63,155 nucleotides of DNA, filler included, from Reticulomyxa filosa (GCA_000512085.1; 17 parts of 17 records of this genome joined end to end with filler, not necessarily neighbours in it), one strand, 5' to 3'. Shown: positions 1 to 13,722, counted from the whole stretch's first letter. The notes: generated by a model from the letters alone, not told the origin. Numbers and translations: made by a program.

Positions 1-1187
1 GATGAAGAAAGAGAAGATGAAGATGATGATGAAGAAGATGGAGAAGAAAACAACGACGAAGATGATTTCAAGATTACACAAATAAATGTCGTTCCTGTGA
101 GCATATTTGGGCGAATCTTTCGCAAAAATACGCCCAAACAAATACCAATGTACCAATATCCACCAGATTTACCCTTTGATCCAAAGAAAATATGGAACGA
201 ACGAATGTTTCATTGCAGTAGTGGCGTCTATCTTCGCAAAGACACAGATGAGAATTCCAATTATCTGATCATTGGTGATAATAATGATACTCAAGTGTCC
301 ATCAAGTTTGAACATCTACATACAACTCCATCGAAATAAAATAACAACGTTAATAAGAAATATGTTCATTTGAATCTTGTGTGTGTGATGAATCTGATCA
401 AGGACATGGAAGACGATATGGCCTTTGAAATACCAAAAGTTATGTCAAGAAAAGGAAGGCCAAATTCCTATTGAAATGGAACAAGTTTGTAAAGAAATGG
501 TTTGGTGCATCATACTTTGTCATGGCGGAAAGTTCGCTGGAGCTATTTATAGAAATGATGAACTAATCAAACATAAGACATTTCATCGATATGTCAAACG
601 TGCCAAACAAGGAAAAAGACAAGGTGTCTTATTTGTATGTCTTTATACTCTTTGGATAGCAATCATTAGCTCATTCTTGTTATGTACTACAATAAATAGC
701 CAATTTTATTGGAAGTGGTCACCACGGAAAATCAGCCGGAGGGCTAAAAAGGAATTTAAATGAAACCAAACTTCGAGAAGAAATCCAGTGTTTATTGACT
801 TCTTGGCAGGATTATCTACAAAATCAATGCACGTCCATTTTTTTACACTGTCCAGGACCTGTGAATACAAGCGCTTTGTTTGGAACAAGTGAAGAACAAG
901 CCTATTTATATCCGGAATTAAACAACGGTTCTTTAAACGAAACCTTGTCCAATGAACGGCTCCGTCATATTGCTGCCAAAAGCAAAGCTGGCATACAAGC
1001 CACCTCCAAAAAAGGCAACCAAACTGACGCAAATTGGAAAGGAAAAGGAGACGAGTATAGACTTTGGAAAAAAAATCCCATTCTCTATAAAATACCAGTT
1101 GCCACTAAACGGGTCACTTTACGCGAAGTTGAGAAAGTATGCAGATATTTTAGTACTGCATGGATGCGTGTTGAGGGAACAACATAA
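1..1187 (+). CDS. ANKZF1: Vms1/ANKZF1-family VLRF1 protein (peptidyl-tRNA release factor of ribosome quality control); 5'-partial, multi-exon
   Basis: Splicing an intron at about 624-699 gives WCIILCHGGKFAGAIY...HKTFHRYVKRAKQGKRQ-ANFIGSGHHGKSAGGLKRNLNETKLREEIQCLLTSW...IFLHCPG...IPVATKRVTLREVEKV. This matches the VLRF1 motifs (GHFAGA, HKTFHRY, GxxQ loop, SAG, IPxxTRRPT). Stop at 1185-1187. Confidence 0.85.
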
Positions 1188-1868
1188 CTTTGCTTTTTGT
1201 TGATTTGAGATTTTTATCGCCGTTGATGTAACACACTTGTTTTTTATTATTATTGAGCCAGGCCAATAATTGTAAAATAAGTGTGGCCATCATAGTTTCT
1301 TTTGTCGTTCATTTTATTTCAATAAAAAAAATTTGATGCTTGGATCAAGTCATTTCAAGGTGTCAATCTCAACAAAAATTGCGGTCACAAACATTTAATA
1401 TTATTTCGCTTGTTTAAAAAAAAATGATTTTTTGAAGAAAAAACAACGAACAGACACTTTATTTGAATACTAACTGAGGCGCTTGGGTTATGCGCAGCTG
1501 CAGAGAGGAAATGTGTATGGCCTATTGTGATTTCACTACTCATTAAGGTAGTTAAAAACATTACTATGGTCTTATCCCTTACCTTTTATGAATTTTCATG
1601 CAACACTTTTTTTTCAATTTTATTTTGTAATAATGATGTGGTGCAACTATTAACAAATCTTCTTTGAAAAATAAAATTGTAATCAAGTGTGTTTATTGAA
1701 GCTGACTAAATCAAGAAGGCTGGAAAATTTTTTTAAAGTGTTTTTAAGCAAGCAATAAAATTTTTTAAGATATGGATCAAACAATCACAAGAAAAAAAAA
1801 CAATGAACGTTAAGATTATTATGCTCCCTTTTGTCACTAAATCTAAGGATATATCACAATAATTGCTT

Positions 1869-4822
1869 TTATTGTGCCCATTCCAAACGGATTTGAAAAC
1901 TTATCAACCCATTGACGCAATAATCAAATGTATCCTCACAAATTTGGTCCCAGGTGACACCAAACAAATTTGGGTGCCCAAATCCAAACCCTGGTTTCAT
2001 TTCAGAATGAAAGCTCTTTTCTGCACTTCTCAGATATCGATAACTTCCATTATCTACATGACTACGACAATAAATGCTCCACGTGACTTTCGGCAAATGA
2101 AATGGCATTCTCAAATTTGATTTGTTTGGCAACATTTCCAAGTACAGCCCTAAGCAAGATCTGTTATCTTTTTGCTGTTTCACATTACTGTTATTAGAAC
2201 TATTTGAACTTGAGTTGGGACCATTGACATTACTTAATACAATAGAATTCCGATACCGTGTAGCCACCGTATTTGAATTATTGTTTCCGTGATCATTGCC
2301 AACGTTGGTGTTGTGCCAAATACTTGTGCTGTGGAGGATTCAACACATGGAAAAAAGAAAAAATACGTGATACAATATTGCATGACAAAAGAAATAAGAG
2401 AAGCTAACCGTTGTGATTGGAATGGATAGTGATCCCTTTTGATGAAGAGGTCAAACCAATAGCCATTACTTATAAACGGTGGACTGTCATAACATTGTGC
2501 CATTTCCAATGCCAACACTGCAGTGACAGGAACATCCCAAGCAAATGTTCTAACATAATTTGTATGAGATGAAGATGAATTGGACAAGGAAGACGCCCAT
2601 GGAAAAGATAAGGGACGATTGTTTGTGTGAGAAGATTTCCTAAAAAAAGAGCCAATACTGTTGGCGATGTGATTACTGCTGCCAGTACGACCATTCCAGT
2701 GATCTGTGTTATGGCCATCACTTTTGACAGTGTTACCGCTATTGTTATTATGGTTGTTGCCACTGTTGTTGTGACTGTCACCATTATTATCAATGTGATT
2801 TGCGGACAAAGAAGATGCATCAGACGAATTGTGATGCGACATCATTGTGGAACCAGCAACAAAAGAGCTGACAATAGAAAAGGAGCTTTTATTGTTGGAA
2901 CTATTTATTACTGACTCTTCCATCATTACCCCACTTGTATGTAATACATATGTGTAGATAGATATACAATATATACATATACATATATGTATGCAGATAT
3001 AATGAGTATTTTGAATAAGCTCTATTTGTAAGACATACACGGCAAAGAGAAAAAAATTGAACGAAACGTAGTTTGTCGTTGCAAAAAACAAATACTGACC
3101 GGACGACGACAGGCCAACTCGCATTTTAAACACAATTGCTTGTGACTCAAATATTGACCAGAATTCAAATCAAAACCCGATTTGGCATCATTTTGACCAT
3201 TTCTAAAGGTCGACTTATAATTTGACCACGGATATTTTGAATTGGCTGTCGTGTAACGATTTACATATATTTTACGCTCCAGTCGTTCTTGTGCAGAGGG
3301 CTCAATAACAAAAAGACCAGGAAATCCGGCATCTGCAGATTCGTTTGTGTCTTCGTCATTTTCAGGTGTTTCAGCATTGGGATCGTCGTGATCATCCTCA
3401 TTCTCGTTGTCGTGATAGCGATTATTCTCATTGTCTTTGTTGCGATTGTCGTGTTTGGCTTGCTCTTTGTTTTCATTCTCAACGCTGCTTACTTGTTGTT
3501 GCGGCAAGGACGAAGACTCACATTGGGTCGATTGAAAATCGTACAAAGAATTGAAACAAGGCGGTAATACGGAGGTGGTGTTTGGGTCGTCTTTTTTTTG
3601 TTCGTGTTTGGCGATTGAAGTGGAAGACGGAGGGCTGAAAGGATACGTGATGGAAGAGGCACTCTGACTTTGTTGTGTCAATTGACTCAAAAAGAATTCT
3701 TTGTAATCTTTATCTTTGGATGGAATACTAAGAAAAGACAAACACGTGAACACTCGTCTCTGCAAATCGGATAATTGTGAAAAAAACGGGGCGGAATGAC
3801 AACGTCCAACAAATAATAACTTGTCATTTGACCAAAGCGAATCAAATCATACAAATAACTCATGCTTCGTTGTCCACTTGTCGTTTTTGCTTTCGATTTT
3901 TCTTCGTAATTTATCCATTGCACGCACATTGCCCAAACGCTGTTTTCGCAAAGACACACAATTTCATTCGATTGCAATAGCAGCCGAAGAGAAGGCAAGG
4001 ATAAATTTAAAAATTCTTCGCTGTCCCAATCCTCTTCCACCTTGTGAAATCTAAACATTACATATATGCATATATGTACATGCATATGTATGTGTATATT
4101 TTGTGATATTTGCCATTGTTTCTTTTGTGTTGCGTGTGCACACATACAAATACAATCGCGTTACCTTGAAACCAAAAATGTCTCGACTCTTTCAAAGAGT
4201 TCTTGGAATACTGACAAGTGCGTAATGGAGGGTGGCAACGCCAGAAACATATCACATATTCTTGGTGTTAGTGGCACTTGCTTCAACTCTTGTATCGCTG
4301 CTGTCACTGCGTGTGGCGATTGAATTTCTCTGCGACGTCAAAAAATCCATGCACAGCTCAAATGATTGCTTGCGAATAATTAAATCGTCTGGATTATACA
4401 AGTATCGTATTACACCTTCGTAAATTGCCCATTTCTTTTTCATTTTTTTTTGTTGTTGTTATGCACCCTTTTCTTTCATATATGTACATACACACATTTA
4501 CTACCTGCTTGGGCTGTTCAATTACTATCTCTTTCGAGCTCTTTTCTTGAAATTCGCTAGTCAGTAATGCTCGGAAAAAATGACTTCCTTTTGCCAGAAT
4601 TATGCTGTTTACAGGGATTAATTTTTCTTTTCCTTGAGTGGACACGGAAGTAGTTAAGTCGTCATCCAATCCTTTTGATTCTTCTGTGCCGTTTTCAGTG
4701 TGTGGCACATTCACCTGGCTGGTTGCTTCGGCCTGTTCTTCAGTTGACGAAGAATCACGCAGTATTAAGACGCGATCACTGAAGATTTGTGATTGAAATG
4801 CGAATGAAAAGTTTGTATCCAT
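1869..4822 (-). CDS. BTB/POZ-BACK protein with C-terminal MATH-like domain (plant POB1/LRB-like architecture); multi-exon
   Basis: BTB: FSDRVL...IPVNSIILAKGSHFFRALLTSEFQEK, continuing WAIYEGVIRYLY. BACK: EEFLNLSLPSLRLLLQSNEI..CENSVWAMCVQWI...DLIRFGQMTSYYLLDVV. C-terminus: FAWDVP...SPPFISNGYWF...CLGLYLEM...GFGHPNLFGVTWDQI...VNGLISFQIRLE. Confidence 0.8.
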
Positions 4823-5211
4823 TGTCTTTTTGGCTCTTATACTTCAACAAAAAAAAGGAGTAAACAGGTTCGAAAGCACAAACGACAATAAGTCATGTAT
4901 CAGACTCTTGCGTGAAGGACAGTAAAAAGATTTTTAAAAGATATGAATTGAGCAAACGATAACATCGAATAAAAACGGAGAACGAAAGAAGTAATGAGCA
5001 TTTCCACTGGGCCAGCCTTTTTTAATTCGTTTGCTTATGTTGATTGCAAAATTCAAAAGAAATATGTTCCGTCAACTGATTCTTCCTGTTAATGCCTTGT
5101 TTGCCTTGCATCTGTTTTCTCTTTGTTCTCACTTTGATTACACATCGTAAGCGTGCGCGTGAGAACAATCGACTGAACTTTATGGTATAGCACACCAAAA
5201 CGTCGTTACGA

Positions 5212-8200
5212 ATGCACCAAATATGCGGTCGTTTGATATCGAGTGGAGATTGGTCGAAAAGACAGCAAAAAGACGTGCGGGATCAATTTCCAAAAAAGTT
5301 GACGAAATGGAGGACAGCAGATGTATGCCAATGGGTGGAATCATTAGAAAACGGGAATTTTAAGGAATTTGTAGAAAAATTTTATAACGCAAATGTGGAT
5401 GGAATAACTCTGTGTGGTCTGAGGGATAGCGACTTGAAGCATGAGCCCTTTGAGATGCGAAATGTAACCAAAAGGAAGCATTTCTTGCACGAATTGTCCA
5501 AATTGAAAAGGCAGTTTTTGCAACAAATGGGCAATGATGTGTTGATGTCTACTCCGACCAAAAGTTGGAGAGATGGCTATCTCCTCTCAGATGACAAGTA
5601 TGGTGTCAAGACGAGTAGTGACAAAGAGATGACGGAATTGTACATACCCTGTTCATGGTTGATACCCTCAAAAGCGCGGGGACAAAAGACAGCTCTGTTC
5701 CCAGCGCAAATTCAATTGATGAATGATCAATTGATCCGTCATCTGTTTATTGACACACAAATCTCTTATCAAGTTGTCGACGACAAACAGCAGCTTGGTT
5801 TTTTATGCAAAGCATCGGCCTTTCATATTTACAATTTGACAAAGTCTTTGTATTTTCTTTCCAAAGTTTTGTTCCTTATTTTGTTTTTCAAAGACAGAGA
5901 AGAGCAATATTACCCATTACCACTCACAACAATAACAATAAGGCGCCAAGTGTGTTTATCCCTCATCGTATGCTTTTTGCACTAAATGAACATGGTATCA
6001 TCGATCGATTGGCCTTTGATCATAAGGCTATTCCATTCATTAAAACAAATGGCAAGTTATCGTTTTGTCCAAGTGTATTCGACCCCAGCTATTCGAACGT
6101 GCAAGCCATTTTTCACGATTTGGCCTCCTTTCTTTTGGTTTGTCTCTTTGTTTTGTTCACTTTTGTAAGGATGTGTCCGTGCATTGAAGCAACTACTTTG
6201 AAATGAACAGAAAATCAACCAAGCAAACAAGTTGTCAAGTGACACGCTCACCATATTAGGATGGATGTTGGCTTCGACCGAGCCAGACAGAAAAGTTATT
6301 GATCACTTGTGGCTTTATCACTGGAAACAAGGTAAACACGAATGTCAAAAGTGGCAAATCCATGACTCATCGATCAATCAATCGACGGACACCATCTCCA
6401 CCGCTCAAAATGATTTACTCTTATGTTTTCATTGGCGTCAATCCACATTGTCCAAAAGCGATACTTTTGCCATAGATAACGCGGTTGAAAAGGTAATCTC
6501 TATTTGCTTTTGTTGTGTTATTATGTGTTATGTATCATCAATAATGGTCAATATACAAATATATGATAAGAATGCGACAGCTGTGGCACTGTCTTCTTGG
6601 AAAGCCAAATGGTTCTCACGATGGCTTCCCAATATATTGACATCAAAACGACTTGGCTTCGACCAAAGGCACATTCGTGTTTCTCTTGACCCTCCTCAAT
6701 ATGTTATTCTTCATCCAGACTTTGGATTCCGAAAGCGACTCTTGCAATCTATTTCTTCATGTCTTCCAGTCCGTTGTTTGTTTTCATTATCAATACACAA
6801 TATAACAAATTACAAAGGCTTTCTATTTACAGTTATGTCTTATGTTTTGGAATAAACAGCAAGAGTGGACGCAAATTTCATTGAACAATGGAGCACAAAA
6901 AATATTGAAAATGATTCCACATGAAGATTTCAGTTTCATTCCTTCATTCAAAGCGAGTCAGTCAATTTTATGGCTAAATCACGAGACCTCTGAATACGAA
7001 GTACGGTGTCCAAAGTCAAATGAAAGTGCTGGCCAGGATTTTGTTTCCAGATTTTCCAAAGTGCATTATTTTTTTTCTCTGTTCTTTCTTTATGCAAACA
7101 AAACAAACACGTTATATGTGTGAACGCTTCGGACATATAAACATATAGTCAGTGTTGCAATGGGATTATACACTTCCAGACACATTTCAACGTTTTCACG
7201 TTGAAGAGTGGAAAAAAATATTACGCTTGGCCATTTTACAATCTCTCAAACAACTAAACATGTATGACACGTCAAAATTGCATCGCCTATCTCCTTCTTA
7301 CATTTCTGTTGTCGATGATCATGAAAATAAAGTCTTATATGCCTTTCATCCCTCTTTTGTACTTCCGGATATATTGCCGGCTGTTCTTTCACAATTGAAG
7401 CAAATACTCTCAGTTACAAGGAAATCATTCCAATCGTTCTATATACACAAAATCAATGTATGTATGATTTACTTTCATACACAAAAAGAAACTATTGCCG
7501 TTATGCAAGAACAGCTACTCGCATCCGATTTCGACATTGTTTCCTTGGTTCAAATCATATCAAACATTTGTAACGAATCTTTTGAAGAGAAAAGGTAATT
7601 TAGACCGCGTTTTTGCTACCTTCATTGGATCAGCATCATCTCAAAATTATACGATACGGGGAAATTTTATTGAAAATCAAATCCAATCACAGATGCAACA
7701 ACTTGAAAAAGTTAACACAAATCAAACAAAACAAAACGATGCACAAACATCTTTTATGTGATCCACAAAAAGTTGTCATGTGAAAATAGACCATTGTGTG
7801 CATCCCATTGCACGAGCGTCATGATTCATTGACACAATCTCAACTCGGAAAGGCTCTACTCAATCAAATATTCGAATCCACACAAACATTATATCCTTTG
7901 CTTCAAGATAACGTTTTGTACTTCCGACATGAGCTTCCCAGCGTTCGTCTTGCTGTCATAAATGCAGTCATCGATACTTTCTTTGACTTGTCACTTACTT
8001 TTAAATCACTTCCTCAAGTTAAAACTATATCTTTTTGAATGACCTTCTCCTCTCTTCATTATATACCTATAGTTGTAATGGATAGGACCTTTATATTCTG
8101 AAAAGAGATGTGGAGCTTGCCCACGATATTCTTCATTCTGTGAATGGAGAAATTTTGTTTGAAAAAGTTCAGACAGAGAATGGATCAGCCGCTGACACTT

Positions 8201-8622
8201 ATGCTCCTTCTCCAATTGTAAAATTTCTTTCCTTATTGGTGTATCAATGTGGCCTGTGTGCAAATGTCGATTTTTTGAAAGTCCTTTGGTTGGCACTATC
8301 CAAAACGGTGTTACATTCTTGCACTGAAAATAGTCCCAATTATCAATTGTATACTATCTTCACACGCTCAATTCTTGTCAATTTACAAAATTTTAAAGAT
8401 TGGAAATACTTATTTTTTGAAACGGGAATTATTTATGACACCACCATCATGCAAACATTGTTATCAGTGATGAAGGCGAATCAAGAAAATATGAGTAGCG
8501 AATATAAGGATTTAATTCAACTTTTAATTGCTTGGGATGATAATGAAGGCAAAAAATGGAGTATTCAAAGCATTATTGGAAACGAATTTTGGAACAAAAA
8601 TGTTATTGCCATTGGAAAATAA
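5212..8622 (+). CDS. Multi-exon protein with N-terminal SAM domain; remainder unassigned
   Basis: KWRTADVCQWVESLENGNFKEFVEKFYNANVDGITLCGLRDSDLKHEPFEMRNVTKRKHFLHELSKLK is a typical SAM pattern. A chain of same-strand ORFs separated by short AT-rich introns runs to the stop at 8620-8622. Confidence 0.7.
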
Positions 8623-8794
8623 AGTTGAGGTGTTCCTCATTTAAAAAAAATTTCTGCAATTACATTACATGATTTTTAAAATTTTTTAAAAAATGTCCAC
8701 ATCCCATCGTACACAACAACGCTAAAAATGCACCTGTTCAAATTTAGTTTGAGTCAATAATTTCTCAAATCTGCTAGTTTCTAAATAATTGCAA

Positions 8795-10934
8795 TTAAAT
8801 CCATTTACCACCAACAACCACGTCTTTGACAATGGAATATTCAACATAAGTTAACACTGCTACAAATGTGTACAAGACTCGAATTAAATTTCGATCCACC
8901 TTGATACCAAAGAGTGTAATGTAGTGTTGTTCTTGTTTCAAAATCTGCAAGCCTGTTTCGATCATTTCACGTGCTTGCCGTAATTCTTCTTGCCAGATTT
9001 TAAGATTTTTGTCTTCTGCATTAAATTCATCATTCTGCATTTCGACAATCCTTTCAGTTAGTATTTTGACTTGCTTGTCTGTTTCACTGTTAAGTGAATA
9101 AGCACAAGACGTGATGTAAATAGCGCTAATCACAACATCCAATCCACAAAGCAAGGTAAATAACAAATCGAGTAAATTGATTACGTAAACATCAGATCGG
9201 AGACTACAATATAATAACAAAATTTCGCTGGAAATGATATAAAAGATCATGATACCCAAATACAATTGTTCACGTTTCAAAAATCCGGTTCCAACATCGA
9301 ATAATACTCGTCTTAATTGAAACCAAGAATAAGCAGTGTTTACATTGTAAATGTCAATGGTTTGTAAAATCCATTTTTTTTAATCTTACACGTGATACTT
9401 TGCCTAAACTTGCAAACACGTGATCACGATAATATTTGCGCAAACGACCATCAAACGCTTGGGTTTTGGGGTCCAATAAATTGGTGCAAAACTTGGCACG
9501 ATACCAACGATTATAAAAATCAGTGCTCATAAAAACGGACCACGTCAAAACTACCCACAAATAATGTGCCGTTGGAATAGGAGCCAACAACAAAATAAAC
9601 ATTACACGCCAATTGCCCGTTTGAAAATCAGAACGAAAGAATCGAGACAAGAAAGGCAATATTCCTAACACGGAGACCATAATTGCCAATGAAGTATTGC
9701 AGCTTCGTTTCGACTTGCCACTGTTTCGAACGCTGTTGATCATCATACAGTTCGATTATTTATTCTCTATCCATTTAAAAAAAAATGAAACAAGGCTTGT
9801 TTGATTTACTTTTAATACCTGGTGAAAACAAAGAGAAATGGGATAAGCCAATCTCCCATTGTTTGATACATGCTGCAGGAACAAGACGTCTCTTGATTTA
9901 AGTCAAAATCTTTTGTGTCTCGAAATGTCAAACGCATATCAGCTAGACGGACCTGCAAACGTAATTGAGTGGTATACAATTCACGTGCAAGAGTTTCAGC
10001 ATTTCCAGCTCCCCATCCAGGGACTAATAGCATTGATATAACACGTGAGAGACTTGGCAAAGTATCGCTACGATAAGCTTCTATTTCACTAGTTGGATAA
10101 TAGCCATATTTGCCGCCAATTACTGAAGTTTTTTTTATGTTTTTTTAATGTTTTTTTATAACCAGTTAAATATTCACATTGCAAAAAAAAAAAAGTAACT
10201 AAGAGACCGGGCCAAAAACACCAATATCATATTATTTATTGGAAGGGCAAGAAATTGCTGTTCTTCTGATGTCAACGCAAACAAATACATTGCATAGGTT
10301 AACACCAGCAAAAGCCACAGCCCATTTTGTTGGAGGACATAAAATCCATATGCCAAGCCATAAAATTGTCGTACCCGCATTCCGATGATTCCTTCTCGAT
10401 AATAGATAAGTGGAAGCGTAAATAGCCCGAAAGTGTTATAAATCACTTTTTAAATATTTTTAGGGATCAAATAAGAACAAAATATATCAAATGCAATATT
10501 CAAAACTATATACACATGCATCTGAGCATACCTTCCCAAAATGCTTGTCCAAATTTAAATGTTGTCGACGTTGAAATATGCACTTTTTCTGTTTCTAAAT
10601 CGTCTAAAATCTTACGAATCTCAAACATTGCAGGATGTAGTTTCACTTGTGCTCGTAAGTCGTTCAAATTTTTTGTTTTTATGTGCTGTGGCCCTGGTTT
10701 CACTTTCAATATGGATTTTTTATGAGTTCTTTTTTTTTCATTCTTTTCATTGCTCTCAGTATTCGCAGACACCGGGTTTGGGTTTGTCCCTGAGACAGAC
10801 ATATTCTTTTGTCCAGCACTTTCGGTCACATCGCTTGGAATTGCTTGAGAAGGCACACCGTTCAAAAGAGAAGAATCTCTATCGCTTGAAGATGGAACTG
10901 GGATTTGTTTCGAATTTGATGGCTGTGAATCCAT
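8795..10934 (-). CDS. Multi-pass membrane protein, candidate 7TM ion-channel (GR/OR-like, PHTF/DUF3537-type) superfamily member
   Basis: About four exons give 7-8 hydrophobic segments. Motifs: RSLVIGGKYGYY; DFYNRWYRAKFCTNLL; IDIYNVNTAYSWFQLRRVLFDVG; C-terminal ILKQEQHYITLFGIKVDRNLIRVLYTFVAVLTY. One frameshift lies at the T8 run near 9374-9381. Confidence 0.6.
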
Positions 10935-11869
10935 TTTGCATGAGAAGGAGATAAGAATGGAAAAAACTCGTCAACCGAAACAAAACATATACTTTTTTGG
11001 TGTATCATGTTGATCAAATTTCTGTATCCAGAGCACATATACAATAAGAATATCACTATGCATGTGATTTTAATTTTGTCTAACATAACTTGCATAGAGA
11101 AAACTGGTAAATACAGTTGTATCTACTGTCTGGATAGTTAACGTTATGTCTGTCTCGCAATCATGAAATTTGCCAACTTTTTAAAAAGCCTTTTCAAACA
11201 ATATTCATTATAATTTTTAAACGATCAAATGCATCAAAAACAAAAATAGTAAAGATGAAAACCCAAAGAAAGAAAACTTTTAAACAAAAATTTTTTTAAT
11301 AATAAAATTATACTAGAAATCTCGGGTATCGCATAACGCAGTATCGCGTAAGTCCATATATTGATTTTATAATCTACAATTGCCCTTTTTAAATATGATA
11401 AGATTCCAAAGTTAAAGAATCACAATTCACAACAAATGCAATTCGGAAACTTATAATTTTTCGATCGAACACAAATTAGTGCATAACACTAACATTCAAA
11501 CGAAAATAAGTACAATTATAAATAGACAACAAATAGTATTTTCTTTTGAGATTAAAGTTACAAGTTGTGTATTGTGTTTTTTAACAAGTGATTTGGTTTG
11601 ATGAAAGTAAAGGACTTTGCAATTTGTAATTGTCAGTTGTCAACATCATATTCAATGAGCTGACAATACAATTTCTATTCAATATCTATTTACTTATTAA
11701 ATCATAACACAATTACCGCAAAATTGTAATGTTGAAAAATTTGTTTCCTTTCATTGTTTTATTTTTCTGAAGTACTATATTAAAGTTTTAACGATGTGCT
11801 TCTTTTTTTTTGTTTTTGTTAACTTGGAATCTATAAAAAAAATGGAAATGGAATTAATTATGGAAATGA

Positions 11870-12600
11870 CATGCTAAATTCCAGGTGACGAAAAGGCAGT
11901 GACGATATTACATTTGAGAACGCGTAGGAAAAGAATATGAATAGTCGGCGACAATTTCTTTGATCAAATGATCCAATTGTCATAGCTTCAATTAAAGACA
12001 AAGAACTCAAGTCAGCAACATGGTATCAACAATCAACCAAAAGAAAATGAAAACAATACAAAAAGAATTATAAAGCAGTAAATATAATATTTATCTTAAG
12101 ATATTCGCTGTGGAACAAAAGAGAAAAGGAGAAGAAGCAGTGATTAATCCTGAAATTAATTAGAATGTACTACATTTAGTATCAAGACGTGAAACAACTC
12201 TATAAGATGTCAGTTGTTATAGTGATGATATTTAATTCCGATGATGTCGTTAAGATATTGAAAGGATAGAACATTCAGATTGGATATTCAATTGTGAAAG
12301 TGGGGCTATTTGATAAAAATAAATTAAGACGAAAGTCTCATTTCAGGAAATGGTACGTATTGAACCATATTGCAAGTGAATGAATAAAGAAACGTAAAGT
12401 ATGTAAGTATTGCGGATTGGTAAATCACGAAGCAGCAAAATGCAGAAACAAGAACGATGCAAGCAACAAGAGTGTGTTTTATGTCGAAGCAAATATGATA
12501 GCGATTTATCGCAATGTGATTTGCTTCGCAAAGCAAGAGGAAGTCTTGATATTAAATTAACGCAAAACAAAAAGTCCGGCTGATGAAATCTTATCTTCAA
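11870..12600 (+). mobile_element. Decayed gag-like ORF1 of a non-LTR retrotransposon (three zinc knuckles)
   Basis: From 12207: ...IQIGYSIVKV...FRKWYVLNHIASE*...CKYCGLVNHEAAKC, then after a frameshift CVLCRSKYDSDLSQC. These are three CCHC-type knuckles, two of them mutated, with in-frame stops. The 5' boundary is approximate. Confidence 0.7.
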
Positions 12601-12654
12601 AACAAGAACAAAACTTGAATCAGAAGCAGCATCATGTCAATAAAAATAAATCTA

Positions 12655-13400
12655 TACAATCATCATCGACGATCATCGTGAAAGATTAGCGAGATCCAGA
12701 AAGCAAAGCAATATCAATTAGATATTTCGAAAGATATCGAAAGATCCTGAACAAATTGACAATTTTCAAACAACAATATGACAAAATCCGAAAAAAAAAA
12801 TATTTAAACTTTTCTTAAAAAATTGTATTTTGAAAGAGATTGAAGTTGGAAGTGTCAAGATACTTCGATATCTCTTGAGTTTTGAAGGAGATTTAAAAAG
12901 TCAAGTAAGGATTTTAAACGTTGTCTAGGACAAGAAAATTCCGGACTACTAAAGAAAGAAAGAAAATTCTAACTGGAAAATTTTTAACTAGTAAAAATTT
13001 TTTATAGTGATATAAACATTTTTTTTTGTTGGATTTTGTGAGATTGTGGCATAGTGTGACTTTAAACATTTTTGTTACAATTTGGCAACGTTTTTTGTTG
13101 CAGTTCATTTTTGAGGGTTTCATCGTCGGTTCAGCATCGTGTGACTGTGAGAGGTGGAAGTGCTTTTAAACTTACCGTGTATCTTGTCATCAATTGCTTT
13201 AAGTGTACCGAGGTAAAAAAAATAAAAAAAAATAAATTTAAACATATTTCATCATTGAGATAAACTTTTGAAAAAAAAGTTGTATTTTGAAGGAAGACAA
13301 GCACAGAACAGCTAGCTACTGCAACATCTAGCAGTATCTGAAAGAAGTTAAGACAAAGAAAATACTTTCAAAGAAATTTTTTTAAACTAGTAAAATATCT
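12655..13400 (+). repeat. Dispersed repeat modules shared with 38825-38995 and 39895-40140
   Basis: 12724-12743 (ATTTCGAAAGATATCGAAAG) is the exact reverse complement of 38912-38931. 13240-13345 resembles 39900-40005. An ACTAGTAAAA...TATAGTGATATAAA block occurs at about 12988-13017 and, partially, at about 13386. Confidence 0.7.
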
Positions 13401-13622
13401 GATATTGCGATTTTGCGCGAGATCAGATATATACAAGATAACAAACGAAACACCTAAAATGAACAGCCGAAACAAAATAATATCAACAAGAAAGAATGGC
13501 GAACAAAATTGAGACACTTTTTTTAAATAAGCCGAAATGCAATATCAACAACATTCACATGCTTCTTTAATAATAAGCGTTTAAATTTTATTTTTGTTTT
13601 AGTTTGCTTTAATTTGTTAAAA

Positions 13623-13722
13623 NNNNNNNNNNNNNNNNNNNNNNNNNNNNNNNNNNNNNNNNNNNNTTAATTAATTAANNNNNNNNNNNNNNNNNNNNNN
13701 NNNNNNNNNNNNNNNNNNNNNN
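13623..13722. other. Artificial contig linker (44 N + TTAATTAATTAA + 44 N); first of 16
   Basis: Identical 100-nt spacers start at 13623, 20112, 22470, 24066, 26853, 29218, 30318, 32638, 38020, 42711, 46381, 51342, 53174, 54600, 57187 and 60668. The 12-mer puts stops in all six frames. Confidence 0.99.

Noticed and set aside
13667-13678. Recurrent palindrome TTAATTAATTAA as a biological repeat or recombination site
   Set aside because: It is always centred in exactly 44+44 N, so it is a six-frame-stop linker added during concatenation.
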